Assembly: GCA_035286325.1 (NCBI GenBank)
Contig: DATHKH010000046.1
Location: 5,537 to 69,536, forward strand
Direction: 5' to 3'
Origin: Flavobacterium sp.
Lineage (GTDB): Bacteria > Bacteroidota > Bacteroidia > Flavobacteriales > Flavobacteriaceae
DNA length: 64,000 nucleotides
Shown here: piece after piece, positions 1 through 11,602 of the stretch
How the letters are laid out: every line of letters begins with the position of its first letter
Numbering within the stretch: the stretch's first letter is position 1
Notes under the pieces: generated by a model
Told to the model about the DNA's origin: nothing
What the model saw: the letters and a program-made list of their open reading frames with translations, nothing else
The model's database searches: none
Position numbers and translations under genes: made by a program

Positions 1-85
1 GCAAATAGAAGTTAAGTGAGGTAATCCGGGCTAAATCCAAACAACCATGATTTTTAATTCGTGAATTCGTGGCAAAAAAAGCAAT

Positions 86-559
86 ATGAAATACTCAAGA
101 CTCACCAAAGAACAATTCGAAGAACTCCATCCCGAATTCACCAATTTCCTCGCGACGCAATCCATCGACAAAAACGAATGGGACAAAATCAAACTCGAAC
201 AACCTGAAACCGCCGAACAGGAACTCGATGTATTTTCAGACTTAATCTGGGAAGGCGTTCTGTCGCGTGCTGAATACCTCGAGCATTTTTCCAAGAATTA
301 TATTTTCCTATTCCAGTGCTCTGACAGTTTCGTACATTCCATCGTACTCAAATCCATAGACCCCGAAACAGATTTCCTGACCAAACCGGGACTGCAATGG
401 CTCAGCGACAACATGTTCACCGACAACGTCGAAATGAAAATTGGCAAAAAAGCATTTGCCGAAGAACGGAATGTTGCTGTTTTCAGTTTGATCCAACAAG
501 GCGCGTTTCTCAGTGACGGGCAATTGTATAAACAAATCAAGACTATCCTCGATTCTTAA
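86..559 (+). CDS. Conserved Flavobacteriaceae hypothetical protein (DUF6495-like)
   Basis: 157-aa ORF beginning MKYSRLTKEQFEELHPEF, A-rich leader; family recalled from its N-terminus. Confidence 0.75.
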   Translation: MKYSRLTKEQFEELHPEFTNFLATQSIDKNEWDKIKLEQPETAEQELDVFSDLIWEGVLSRAEYLEHFSKNYIFLFQCSDSFVHSIVLKSIDPETDFLTKPGLQWLSDNMFTDNVEMKIGKKAFAEERNVAVFSLIQQGAFLSDGQLYKQIKTILDS

Positions 560-640
560 TTTTCTTCTTTTGTATCAAGACAAAAGAAAAAGAAGTTGCA
601 TAATACTTCCATAAATGGTATTTTAGTTCCCAGATTATAA

Positions 641-3356
<2,716 letters not shown>

Positions 3357-3360
<4 letters not shown>

Positions 3361-4088
3361 TGAACCAGCCGCGTGAAATGAAGTTTAGCCTTAGGAGCAG
3401 TAAAGTGATTGCCACGTTTACGATTTTATATTTTCTGATTGCTGCCGTTGAAATCATAGGGGAATATTATAAGGCCCGCGACTTGGTTTATGCTACAAAG
3501 CCATTTATTATTCTCATTTTGATTTTCCTGTATTGGAATACATCAAATAAACTCAGTTTTGCTTATATCACTGCTTTGATTTTCAGCTGGATTGCCAATA
3601 TTTTTTTCATATCAAACATTTATGAAAGCATTTTCATCGGTGCCATATTGTTTTTCTTTTACCGCGTACTGACGATATATATCGTTTTAAAACAGATTAA
3701 GCTGCCGAGTGTTTTTCCAACTGTTGTAGGCTGCGTACCATTTTTATTCATTTACATGTATTTTGTCAATCTCACTTATGTCACGATAGGCGAAGGGCTT
3801 GTTGTTTTTGTCATCCAATGCATCCTGATTTCTTTCCTTGGCGGATTGTCGGTCGGGAATTATATTTTGAGCGCCGGCCGAGCCAATGCATTGCTGCTGC
3901 TAAGCACATTGTTCTTTGCCGTTACCCAGTTTATTTTTGTGATCAGGCTGTATTATACGGATTCCAATATTTTCCAGCCGCTTGCCATGGCGTTGTTTGC
4001 CATTGCACAATACCTCTTCTATAAATTTTTGCTTTTGGCGGAAGAAAAAAAAGCCGGTTACAAAATTACCGCCGATTCAAACCCATAG
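3357..4088 (+). CDS. Multi-pass membrane protein, YhhN-like paralog 2
   Basis: Hydrophobic 243 aa, TKPF motif, resembles both neighbours. Confidence 0.6.
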
Positions 4089-4128
4089 TCGCCAAAATTT
4101 CATAAATTTAGATCATAATTGATGAAAG

Positions 4129-4830
4129 ATGGTAGTCCATAAAGGTCAGGGTAATGTTGTAAACGTGTTGACCGCTTCCTATTTCGTGATCGCGATATCC
4201 GAAATTATGGCGGAACTTTTCCAATACAAGCCATTGATTATCATCGTAAAACCATTAATGCCGATTTTGCTGATGGTACTTTACCGTTATGCTTCCGACC
4301 AAAGGAATATCCTCTTTTTCCTCGCCATTAGTTTTTCTGTCATCACCAATATCCTGTTTATCCCAAATGACCCGCAGATGTTGTTCTTTGGCATCATCGC
4401 ATTCATGATTCATCGGATTATCATCCTGATATACATTTTCAGGCTCGTCAAAATCAGGGATTATATTCCGGTTGCGATCGCGACGGTTCCTTTCCTGCTG
4501 GTGTTTTTTTACCTGCTGGCATCGTCGGAAGTTCCTGAAGAAAGCTTCGTTCTGCTGATCATACAGAACATCCTGATTTCAATATTTGGCGGAATCGCAT
4601 TGTCGAATTACATCATGAACGACAACAAGAAGAACTCGTGGCTGCTCATTTGCGGACTGCTGTTCGTCGCGCTGCAGTTCATTGTGTTTATTGAAAAATA
4701 CTACCTTTCCAATCTGTCGCCGACGGTTTTCCGTCCAATCGCAATGGGATTGAACGCCTTTGCCTTCTATACGTTTTATGAATTTGTGCTGGCAATCGAA
4801 AAATCAGACGACAATGGATTTGCCCATTGA
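4129..4830 (+). CDS. Multi-pass membrane protein, YhhN-like paralog 3
   Basis: Hydrophobic 233 aa, VKPL motif; IQNILISIFGGIALSNY matches IQCILISFLGGLSVGNY of paralog 2. Confidence 0.6.
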   Translation: MVVHKGQGNVVNVLTASYFVIAISEIMAELFQYKPLIIIVKPLMPILLMVLYRYASDQRNILFFLAISFSVITNILFIPNDPQMLFFGIIAFMIHRIIILIYIFRLVKIRDYIPVAIATVPFLLVFFYLLASSEVPEESFVLLIIQNILISIFGGIALSNYIMNDNKKNSWLLICGLLFVALQFIVFIEKYYLSNLSPTVFRPIAMGLNAFAFYTFYEFVLAIEKSDDNGFAH

Positions 4831-5727
4831 TACTGTCGCCTTATTGTTGTCAAAATAAAAGTCTATCCTTCCGAGATTGATTCCGTAACAGCCGGTTTGG
4901 TTGACCAAAACATCTTTGCCTTCGATATTTTTCATGACCGTCGGCCTTTCCAGAAACGTATGCGTATGGCCGCCAATGATAATGTCGATGTCTTTCGTCA
5001 AAGCCGCAAGCTTCACATCCGAAATCTTATCCGGGTCATTTTTATATTCATAACCGATGTGCGACAGGCAAATAATCAGGTCGCATTTTTCCTGCTCTTT
5101 TAAAACTTTTACCGTGTCCTGCGTAATCCCAACCGGACCAATGTATACCGTTTCTTTATAATTTTTTTTATCCACAAGTCCGGCCAGTTCGACGCCAAGT
5201 CCAAAAACGCCAATCTTAATTCCGTTTTTGTGGAAGATTTTATAAGGCTTCACAAGTCCGTTCAAAACGGTATTCTTAAAATCGTAGTTAGCCGACACAA
5301 AATCAAATTCAGCGTTGGGCATCTGCGCGAGAAATCCGTCAATACCATTGTCGAAATCGTGGTTTCCCAAGGTCGCCAAATCATATTTCATCATGCTCAT
5401 CAGCTTCAGTTCCAATGCACCTCCATAATAATTAAAGTAGGGCGTGCCCTGGAAAATGTCGCCTGCATCGAGCAAAAGTACATTCGGATTTTCCTTTCGG
5501 ATGCTTTCAATCAACGCCGCACGCCTTGCCACGCCGCCTTTATTTGGGTTTTTCGGATGGTCGGGCGGAAACGGGTCAATATAGCTGTGCACATCATTCG
5601 TATGCAAAATCGTCAAATGCCGGATATCGCTTTTGGCATCATCCGTTTTAAAGCCGCTCAATGAAAAGCCGCCCGCAATCAATGCCGAGCTGGCCGCCGT
5701 CTTTTGTAAAAAATCCCTTCTGTTCAT
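4804..5727 (-). CDS. 5'-nucleotidase metallophosphoesterase domain protein, Tat-exported
   Basis: MNRRDFL twin-arginine signal; HTNDVHS, DAGD, GNHDFD, GGHTH motifs. Confidence 0.9.
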   Translation of the reverse strand: MNRRDFLQKTAASSALIAGGFSLSGFKTDDAKSDIRHLTILHTNDVHSYIDPFPPDHPKNPNKGGVARRAALIESIRKENPNVLLLDAGDIFQGTPYFNYYGGALELKLMSMMKYDLATLGNHDFDNGIDGFLAQMPNAEFDFVSANYDFKNTVLNGLVKPYKIFHKNGIKIGVFGLGVELAGLVDKKNYKETVYIGPVGITQDTVKVLKEQEKCDLIICLSHIGYEYKNDPDKISDVKLAALTKDIDIIIGGHTHTFLERPTVMKNIEGKDVLVNQTGCYGINLGRIDFYFDNNKATVSMGKSIVV

Positions 5728-5740
5728 CTTTTTATTTTTT

Positions 5741-5876
5741 GAGCTGTTTGCTGCGCCTGTTCGCTCTTAGGAGCTCGAGTCCTGCTTTCCGTTTCAATCT
5801 TTTTATTAAGGAATTTGCCTTTCGCTATGCTCCAGGCGAATCCTTAAAAAAAGGATTTCCGCTTCAATCAGGGCTA
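5741..5876 (+). repeat. REP-like palindrome family A, copy A1 (interrupted by a micro-element)
   Basis: GAGCTGTTT[insert]CCTGCTTTCCG...ATCTTTTT-stem/loop-AAAAGGATTTCCGCTTCAATCAGGGCTA; aligns with copies at 23892, 30703 and 34630. Confidence 0.85.
5750..5780 (-). mobile_element. Micro-insertion element copy M1 (31 bp) inside REP A1
   Basis: Minus strand ACTCGAGCTCCTAAGAGCGAACAGGCGCAGC; absent from the homologous site of the copy at 30703-30779. Confidence 0.75.
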
Positions 5877-5885
5877 AAGTTACCG

Positions 5886-6662
5886 TTACCCTTTGCTAAT
5901 CCTAATATCTGTTGGCGCCTTAATCGTATCTTTTTCCCTGAAATAATCAATCAGCACATTCCTTAATTTATAATCCAGGTCGTAATTGTGCAGCGATTTC
6001 CTGAAGAAATTCATATTGTCACCGCCATTTACCAAATAATCTGAAGTCACAACCAGATATGTCCTATATGGGTCGAATGCCTGGCCATTAATCCTGATAT
6101 CTTCGGCAATCTTATCTGTACCGATTTTAAAGGCCAACCCCGAAATCGGGTGCGCTTTCTTCTCTGTGATGATATACGAAATCATTTCCAATATTTCTTC
6201 GCCTTTCAATTCCGTCACAATCACGCTGTTCTCAAAAGGCATGATTTCAAAAGCGGTTCTCGTAGTGATATTTCCTTTTGGAATAATAGATCGGATGCCA
6301 CCAAAGTTCAAAAGGCACATGTCAATTTTTTTATTCTCCCTTTTCAGGAACACGCGGTTCGACAGGTCGAGTGTCGCGTCGGCCATGACATTTCCGATTG
6401 CGCATTGCCATTCGCCGGATTTGTCAAGCGTTTCAGGCGCATAGGCAAGCACGACATTCATGTCCTTGTCGATATTGTCGCGATACGGTTTTATAAAAGC
6501 TTCAATCGCAGGAACTTCCGTGTTTTTGTCGGTGACGCCAATTTCCTTGCCTTCAATTTTGGTGACATGGTATTTTGGCGTACCGCAGCCAAAAGCCAGA
6601 AGAAATGTTAAGAATAAAACAAATTGCTTTAAAGCAGCGTGATACTTTTTTAGATTTACCAT
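5886..6662 (-). CDS. 5'-nucleotidase C-terminal domain lipoprotein
   Basis: Lipobox LAFGC; NFGGIR, PFEN, TSDYLVNGGD motifs; start taken at MVNLKK (alternative 6683). Confidence 0.85.
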   Translation of the reverse strand: MVNLKKYHAALKQFVLFLTFLLAFGCGTPKYHVTKIEGKEIGVTDKNTEVPAIEAFIKPYRDNIDKDMNVVLAYAPETLDKSGEWQCAIGNVMADATLDLSNRVFLKRENKKIDMCLLNFGGIRSIIPKGNITTRTAFEIMPFENSVIVTELKGEEILEMISYIITEKKAHPISGLAFKIGTDKIAEDIRINGQAFDPYRTYLVVTSDYLVNGGDNMNFFRKSLHNYDLDYKLRNVLIDYFREKDTIKAPTDIRISKG

Positions 6663-6710
6663 CCGTAATGCGGGGAATTTCATTAATTTTGTTTGCCAAG
6701 TAAAAGTACT

Positions 6711-7229
6711 ATGTTTTTAAATTACCTAAAGGATTTTTCAACAAAAAAAATAGTTAAAAATAGCCTGTCGAATGCCAAACTTCTGCCTTCGGAAAATAAG
6801 ATAAAAACCGTCGGAATCCTATTTGACGAAAGCTACTTTTATGAACGCGAAGCGCTCGTGGCCGAACTGATACAAAACGGAATTGACGAAAATGACATCC
6901 AGGTATTGGTGTTCAAGGACAAGATAAAAAAGAATGAGGTTTTTGATTACCCGGTTTTCAGCAGAAAGGATTTCAGTTGGACGGCAACCATCGACAAGCC
7001 TGAGGTTAAGGATTTTATCGCAAAGGATTTCGACCTGCTGATCAATTATTACGATACCGAAAAGGCGCCATTGCTTTTGGTTTCACACCTGTCAAAAGCG
7101 GGTTTCAAAGTCGGCTTTGCCTCAGTCGACAAAAGGCTCCACCATTTTATGATCAACACCCATGCAGAAAACTACAAGGTTTTTATGGATGAATTGTTCA
7201 AATACCTGAAAATACTAAACAAAATATAA
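6711..7229 (+). CDS. Conserved Bacteroidota protein (DUF6913-like)
   Basis: FDLLINYY...S.AGFKVGF motif; ATG at 6711 follows a TAATTTTG box; directly upstream of dapA. Confidence 0.7.
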   Translation: MFLNYLKDFSTKKIVKNSLSNAKLLPSENKIKTVGILFDESYFYEREALVAELIQNGIDENDIQVLVFKDKIKKNEVFDYPVFSRKDFSWTATIDKPEVKDFIAKDFDLLINYYDTEKAPLLLVSHLSKAGFKVGFASVDKRLHHFMINTHAENYKVFMDELFKYLKILNKI

Positions 7230-7230
7230 T

Positions 7231-8112
7231 ATGCAATCATTAATGGGAACCGGTGTGGCGCTTGTCACGCCTTTCAAAAAGGATTTTTCGGTCGATACCG
7301 AAGCCCTGAAAAAAATCGTGAATTACCAGGTTGACGGCGGGATTGAATACCTTGTTGTACTTGGTACGACTGCCGAATCCGCGACATTGACCGAGGCCGA
7401 AAAGGAACTCGTCATCCAGACCATTATTGATGCAAACAACGGAAGATTGCCTTTGGTGCTCGGCGTTGGAGGCAACAATACTGCTGAAGTTGTCAATGAT
7501 TTGAAAACAAAAGACTTATCTGAATTTACTGCCGTACTTTCGGTTTCACCCTATTACAACAAGCCCACTCAAGAAGGCATTTACCAACATTTCAAAGCTG
7601 TCGCCGAGGCATCGCCGATTCCTGTGATTTTATACAATGTTCCGGGAAGAACGGCGAGCAACATGCTGCCATCGACCGTCATTCGTTTGGCAAAAGATTT
7701 CAAGAACATTATCGGGATTAAAGAAGCCGCAGGCGATATTGTCCAGGCGATGAAACTGATCCAGGACAAGCCCGATGGTTTCCTTGTCATTTCAGGCGAC
7801 GACATGATTACGCTTCCGATGGTTTTGGCTGGCGGCGCCGGCGTGATTTCTGTCATTGGCGAAGGATTTCCAAAACAGTTTTCGGAAATGGTGCGCCTTG
7901 GCCTAAGCCGTAAAGTTGACGAAGCCTACAAATTGCATTACCTGCTGGCTGACAGCATCGACATGATTTTTGAGCAGGGAAATCCTGCTGGAATCAAAGA
8001 AGTATTCAAATCGCTCGGTCTTTCTGGAAACACGGTCAGGCTGCCATTGGTTTCGGCGGATGATAACCTCGCACAACGATTGGATAAATTCACGAAATCC
8101 GTTGCGAAATAA
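7231..8112 (+). CDS. dapA: 4-hydroxy-tetrahydrodipicolinate synthase
   Basis: GTTAE, PYYNKP, YNVPGRT, GIKEA, SGDD motifs. Confidence 0.97.
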   Translation: MQSLMGTGVALVTPFKKDFSVDTEALKKIVNYQVDGGIEYLVVLGTTAESATLTEAEKELVIQTIIDANNGRLPLVLGVGGNNTAEVVNDLKTKDLSEFTAVLSVSPYYNKPTQEGIYQHFKAVAEASPIPVILYNVPGRTASNMLPSTVIRLAKDFKNIIGIKEAAGDIVQAMKLIQDKPDGFLVISGDDMITLPMVLAGGAGVISVIGEGFPKQFSEMVRLGLSRKVDEAYKLHYLLADSIDMIFEQGNPAGIKEVFKSLGLSGNTVRLPLVSADDNLAQRLDKFTKSVAK

Positions 8113-8235
8113 ATAGAGAAAAACGGCGTTTTTTAATAGTAAAAAAATATTTTGCCGTATCCAATTAATAACTAAATTTGCAGTTGGTTTTTGCAGGCCA
8201 TAAATCCTCAAAAACAGCTGAATCCAAAATCTAAA

Positions 8236-9030
8236 ATGAAGAAATTTTTATCGGTATTACTTCTCGCTGTCATCGTTTGTTCATGCAGCCCATATCAGAA
8301 AGCCATCAAATCGGATGATATGGACAAGAAATTTGTCGTTGCCCAGAAAATGTACGACAAAGGAAAATATTCAAAAGCAATCAGGCTTTTTGAACAAATG
8401 GCGGCTTCATACAGAGGCAAGCCACATGCGGAACAGATGTATTATATGTTCGCCCAGTCATACTATAAGACAAAACAGTATTACCTTGCCGGTTACCAGT
8501 TTGAGAGTTTTGCATCGGGTTACCCGAAAAGCTCCCAGGTCGAGGAAGCTTCATTTTTGGGAGCGAAATGTTACTCGAAACTGTCGCCGGTGTATAGCCT
8601 GGACCAAACCGATACCTTCAAGGCCATTGACAAACTCCAGTCGTTCATCGACAATTATCCGGAGTCGCAATATATGGCAGAAGCCAATGTCACTGTGAAG
8701 CTTTTAAGGGAAAAAATAGAGAAAAAGGTTTATGAGAATGCGAAGCAGTACAATTACATTGCAGATTATAAATCGGCTTTGCTCGCATTGGACAATTTCA
8801 TTTCCGATTATCCGGGAACGCCATATAAAGAAGATGCGTTATTTTACAAATTGGATTCGGCTTACAAACTCGCCGTTAATAGTGTGCCTTCAAAAATGGA
8901 AGAGCGCTTGAACAATGCGAAAACAGCGTATGCCAAACTGATACAATTTAAGGCAGATACCAAACATAAATCCGATGCCGACGAAATGATGGCGCGGATT
9001 GAAACAGATTTAAAACAATTTTCTAAATAA
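8236..9030 (+). CDS. bamD: Outer membrane protein assembly factor BamD (lipoprotein)
   Basis: Lipoprotein signal, TPR-like helices, conserved position before rpoZ; ATG at 8236. Confidence 0.9.
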   Translation: MKKFLSVLLLAVIVCSCSPYQKAIKSDDMDKKFVVAQKMYDKGKYSKAIRLFEQMAASYRGKPHAEQMYYMFAQSYYKTKQYYLAGYQFESFASGYPKSSQVEEASFLGAKCYSKLSPVYSLDQTDTFKAIDKLQSFIDNYPESQYMAEANVTVKLLREKIEKKVYENAKQYNYIADYKSALLALDNFISDYPGTPYKEDALFYKLDSAYKLAVNSVPSKMEERLNNAKTAYAKLIQFKADTKHKSDADEMMARIETDLKQFSK

Positions 9031-9036
9031 AAAGTC

Positions 9037-9357
9037 ATGGATTTAAAAAAGACGAATGCTCCGGTAAACACAATCACTTACAACAAAAGTGTCATTGAGG
9101 AACCAACCGGAAATGTGTATGAGGCAATCACGATTATGGCTAAAAGAGCAAACCAGATCAATTCTGAAATCAAAAAAGAACTGACCGAAAAACTCGAAGA
9201 GTTTGCTACTTATAATGACAGTCTTGAGGAAATCTTTGAAAACAAAGAGCAAATTGAGGTTTCTAAATTCTACGAAAAATTGCCTAAGCCGCATGCATTG
9301 GCAGTTCAGGAATGGTTAGACGATAAAATCTACCACAGGGACGCTAACAAACAATAA
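9037..9357 (+). CDS. rpoZ: RNA polymerase omega subunit (Bacteroidota type)
   Basis: TGNVYEAI..MAKRANQI and YEKLPKP motifs; bamD-rpoZ-coaBC order. Confidence 0.9.
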   Translation: MDLKKTNAPVNTITYNKSVIEEPTGNVYEAITIMAKRANQINSEIKKELTEKLEEFATYNDSLEEIFENKEQIEVSKFYEKLPKPHALAVQEWLDDKIYHRDANKQ

Positions 9358-9364
9358 ACCTGCA

Positions 9365-10627
9365 ATGTCAGTTTTAAGCGGTAAAAAAATAGTACTTGGG
9401 GTTTCCGGAGGAATTGCCGCATATAAAACTGCCGCTTTGGTCAGGCTTTTTATAAAATCGGGTGCGCAGGTTAAAGTCGTCATGACGCCTGCCGCCAAAG
9501 ATTTCATTACACCGCTTACATTATCCACACTGTCCAAAAATCCGGTACATTCGACTTTCTTTAATGAGGAAGATGCGGATGCCGGCTTGAGCCAGAATGG
9601 CGAACAGGCGCATCAAAATGCGCAATGGAACAACCATGTCGAATTGGGCCTTTGGGCGGACCTGATGCTCATTGCCCCGGCAACTGCCAATACCTTGTCG
9701 AAAATGGCCAGCGGAAACTGCGACAATCTTCTGGTTGCTGTGTATCTTTCTGCCAAATGCCCGATTTATTTTGCGCCGGCGATGGATTTGGATATGTACA
9801 AGCATCCATCTACAGTTGGAAGTTTTGCGGCGCTGAAAAGTTTTGGCAATATCATGATTCCTGCTGAAAATGGTGAACTCGCGAGCGGACTTTCCGGCGA
9901 AGGCAGAATGGCCGAACCCGAAAATATCATCGCATTTCTCGAAGCCGATTTGAGCAGTAAATTGCCACTCAAAGGAAAAAAAATACTCATTACTGCCGGC
10001 CCGACATACGAAGCCATCGATCCTGTGCGTTTTATTGGAAACCATTCCTCAGGAAAAATGGGTTATGACATTGCACAAAGTGCTGCTGGCCTTGGCGCTT
10101 CGGTGATTTTGGTTTCAGGACCGACGCATTTGAAGATTGAAAATCCACTGGTGAAAGTCATTCCGGTGGTTTCGGCCCAGGAAATGTATGATGCCTGCCA
10201 TGAATATTATGGCAATGTCGATGTCGCGATTGCCGCAGCTGCCGTAGCCGATTACAAGCCGAAATTTCCGGCAGGGCAGAAGATCAAAAAAACGGAAAAG
10301 GATCTCAATATCGAGTTGGAGAACACAAAAGACATTCTGGCTTCATTGGGTGAAAAGAAAAAAAATCAGTTCCTCATTGGCTTTGCCCTTGAAACTGAAA
10401 ATGAAATTGAGAATGCCAAGTTGAAAATCGCCAAAAAAAACCTAGATTTGATTGTGCTGAACTCATTGAATGACGAAGGCGCGGGTTTTGGAAAACCGAC
10501 AAATAAAATTACCTTTATAGACCGTTTTTTAAATATTGAGCCGATGCAGCTGAAATCAAAGGAAGAAGTGGCTGTCGACATATTAAATAAAGTAATAGCG
10601 CATTATTATAAAACCGAAGGTTCATGA
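9365..10627 (+). CDS. coaBC: Phosphopantothenoylcysteine decarboxylase/ligase, carrying an 11-aa in-frame insertion
   Basis: GGIAAYK, APATAN, PAMD..M, TAGPTYEAIDPVRFIGNHSSGKMG, GFALET motifs. Confidence 0.97.
   Translation: MSVLSGKKIVLGVSGGIAAYKTAALVRLFIKSGAQVKVVMTPAAKDFITPLTLSTLSKNPVHSTFFNEEDADAGLSQNGEQAHQNAQWNNHVELGLWADLMLIAPATANTLSKMASGNCDNLLVAVYLSAKCPIYFAPAMDLDMYKHPSTVGSFAALKSFGNIMIPAENGELASGLSGEGRMAEPENIIAFLEADLSSKLPLKGKKILITAGPTYEAIDPVRFIGNHSSGKMGYDIAQSAAGLGASVILVSGPTHLKIENPLVKVIPVVSAQEMYDACHEYYGNVDVAIAAAAVADYKPKFPAGQKIKKTEKDLNIELENTKDILASLGEKKKNQFLIGFALETENEIENAKLKIAKKNLDLIVLNSLNDEGAGFGKPTNKITFIDRFLNIEPMQLKSKEEVAVDILNKVIAHYYKTEGS
9584..9616 (+). mobile_element. Micro-insertion element copy M2 (33 bp, degenerate), in-frame in coaBC
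   Basis: GGCTTGAGCCAGAATGGCGAACAGGCGCATCAA encoding GLSQNGEQAHQ; shares GAGC...GCGAACAGGCG with copies at 5750 and 29605. Confidence 0.65.
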
Positions 10628-10651
10628 ATTCGTTAAAAAAAATACAAACGC

Positions 10652-11542
10652 ATGAGTAATAAAATCATTGCTTTTTTCTTTTTGCTGGTGTCCGGAACTG
10701 CGGGCGCGCAACAGCTTAATTGTACGGTTACGGTCAATTCTGACAAGATAAACAATGCCAATCCCAATACCTTTAAAACACTACAGACATCCATTAGCGA
10801 GTTTGTCAACAAAACCGATTGGACCGGCGAAGAGTACAAACAAGGCGAAAGAATCAATTGCTCGATGTATATTACGCTAAGTTCCTATGATTCAAGCCAA
10901 TATATAGCAACAATACAAGTGCAATCGTCGCGCCCGGTATTCAATTCGACTTATTCGTCACCGGTTTTGAATTATAATGATAAAGACTTGAGTTTCAAAT
11001 ACGTAGAATTTGAAGCACTAAACTTTAACCCAGGAACTTTCGACTCCAACCTCGTATCGATACTCGCTTTCTACAGTTATATGATTATCGGCATGGATGG
11101 CGATACTTTTGATCTGCAGGGCGGAAGCAAAGCACTGGAAACCGCACAGGATATCGTAAATGTCGCGCAGCAAGGCGGCTACAAAGGCTGGAGCCAGGCA
11201 GATGGCAACCAGAGCCGTTATTTCTTAATCAACGATATGCTTTCAAATACGTATAGCCCATTCCGCGAGGCGATGTACCAATACCATGCTGAAGGTTTGG
11301 ATACGATGGCAAAAGATTTGAAAAGCGCCAAGCAGAAAATTGCAGAATCATTGCAGACACTAGGGAAATTATATCAGGTAAGGCCAAATGCATACCTGAC
11401 GCGTGTGTTTTTTGATGCCAAATCGGATGAGATTGTTTCTATTTTTTCTGGTGGGCCAAGCGTCTCCATTACGGAGTTGGTCGACAACCTCAATAAGATT
11501 TCGCCTTTGAACACGAATAAATGGACTGGAATTAAATTTTAA
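10652..11542 (+). CDS. porD: DUF4835 family protein (T9SS-associated PorD)
   Basis: Signal peptide, QQLNCTVTVN, QVQSSRPVFNSTY, FFDAKSDEI; lies between coaBC and recN. Confidence 0.75.
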   Translation: MSNKIIAFFFLLVSGTAGAQQLNCTVTVNSDKINNANPNTFKTLQTSISEFVNKTDWTGEEYKQGERINCSMYITLSSYDSSQYIATIQVQSSRPVFNSTYSSPVLNYNDKDLSFKYVEFEALNFNPGTFDSNLVSILAFYSYMIIGMDGDTFDLQGGSKALETAQDIVNVAQQGGYKGWSQADGNQSRYFLINDMLSNTYSPFREAMYQYHAEGLDTMAKDLKSAKQKIAESLQTLGKLYQVRPNAYLTRVFFDAKSDEIVSIFSGGPSVSITELVDNLNKISPLNTNKWTGIKF

Positions 11543-11602
11543 TTCCGCAGCATTTGCACCTGCAAATTCCATAAATTTGGTTTTTCAACCAATCCAACTT
11601 AA

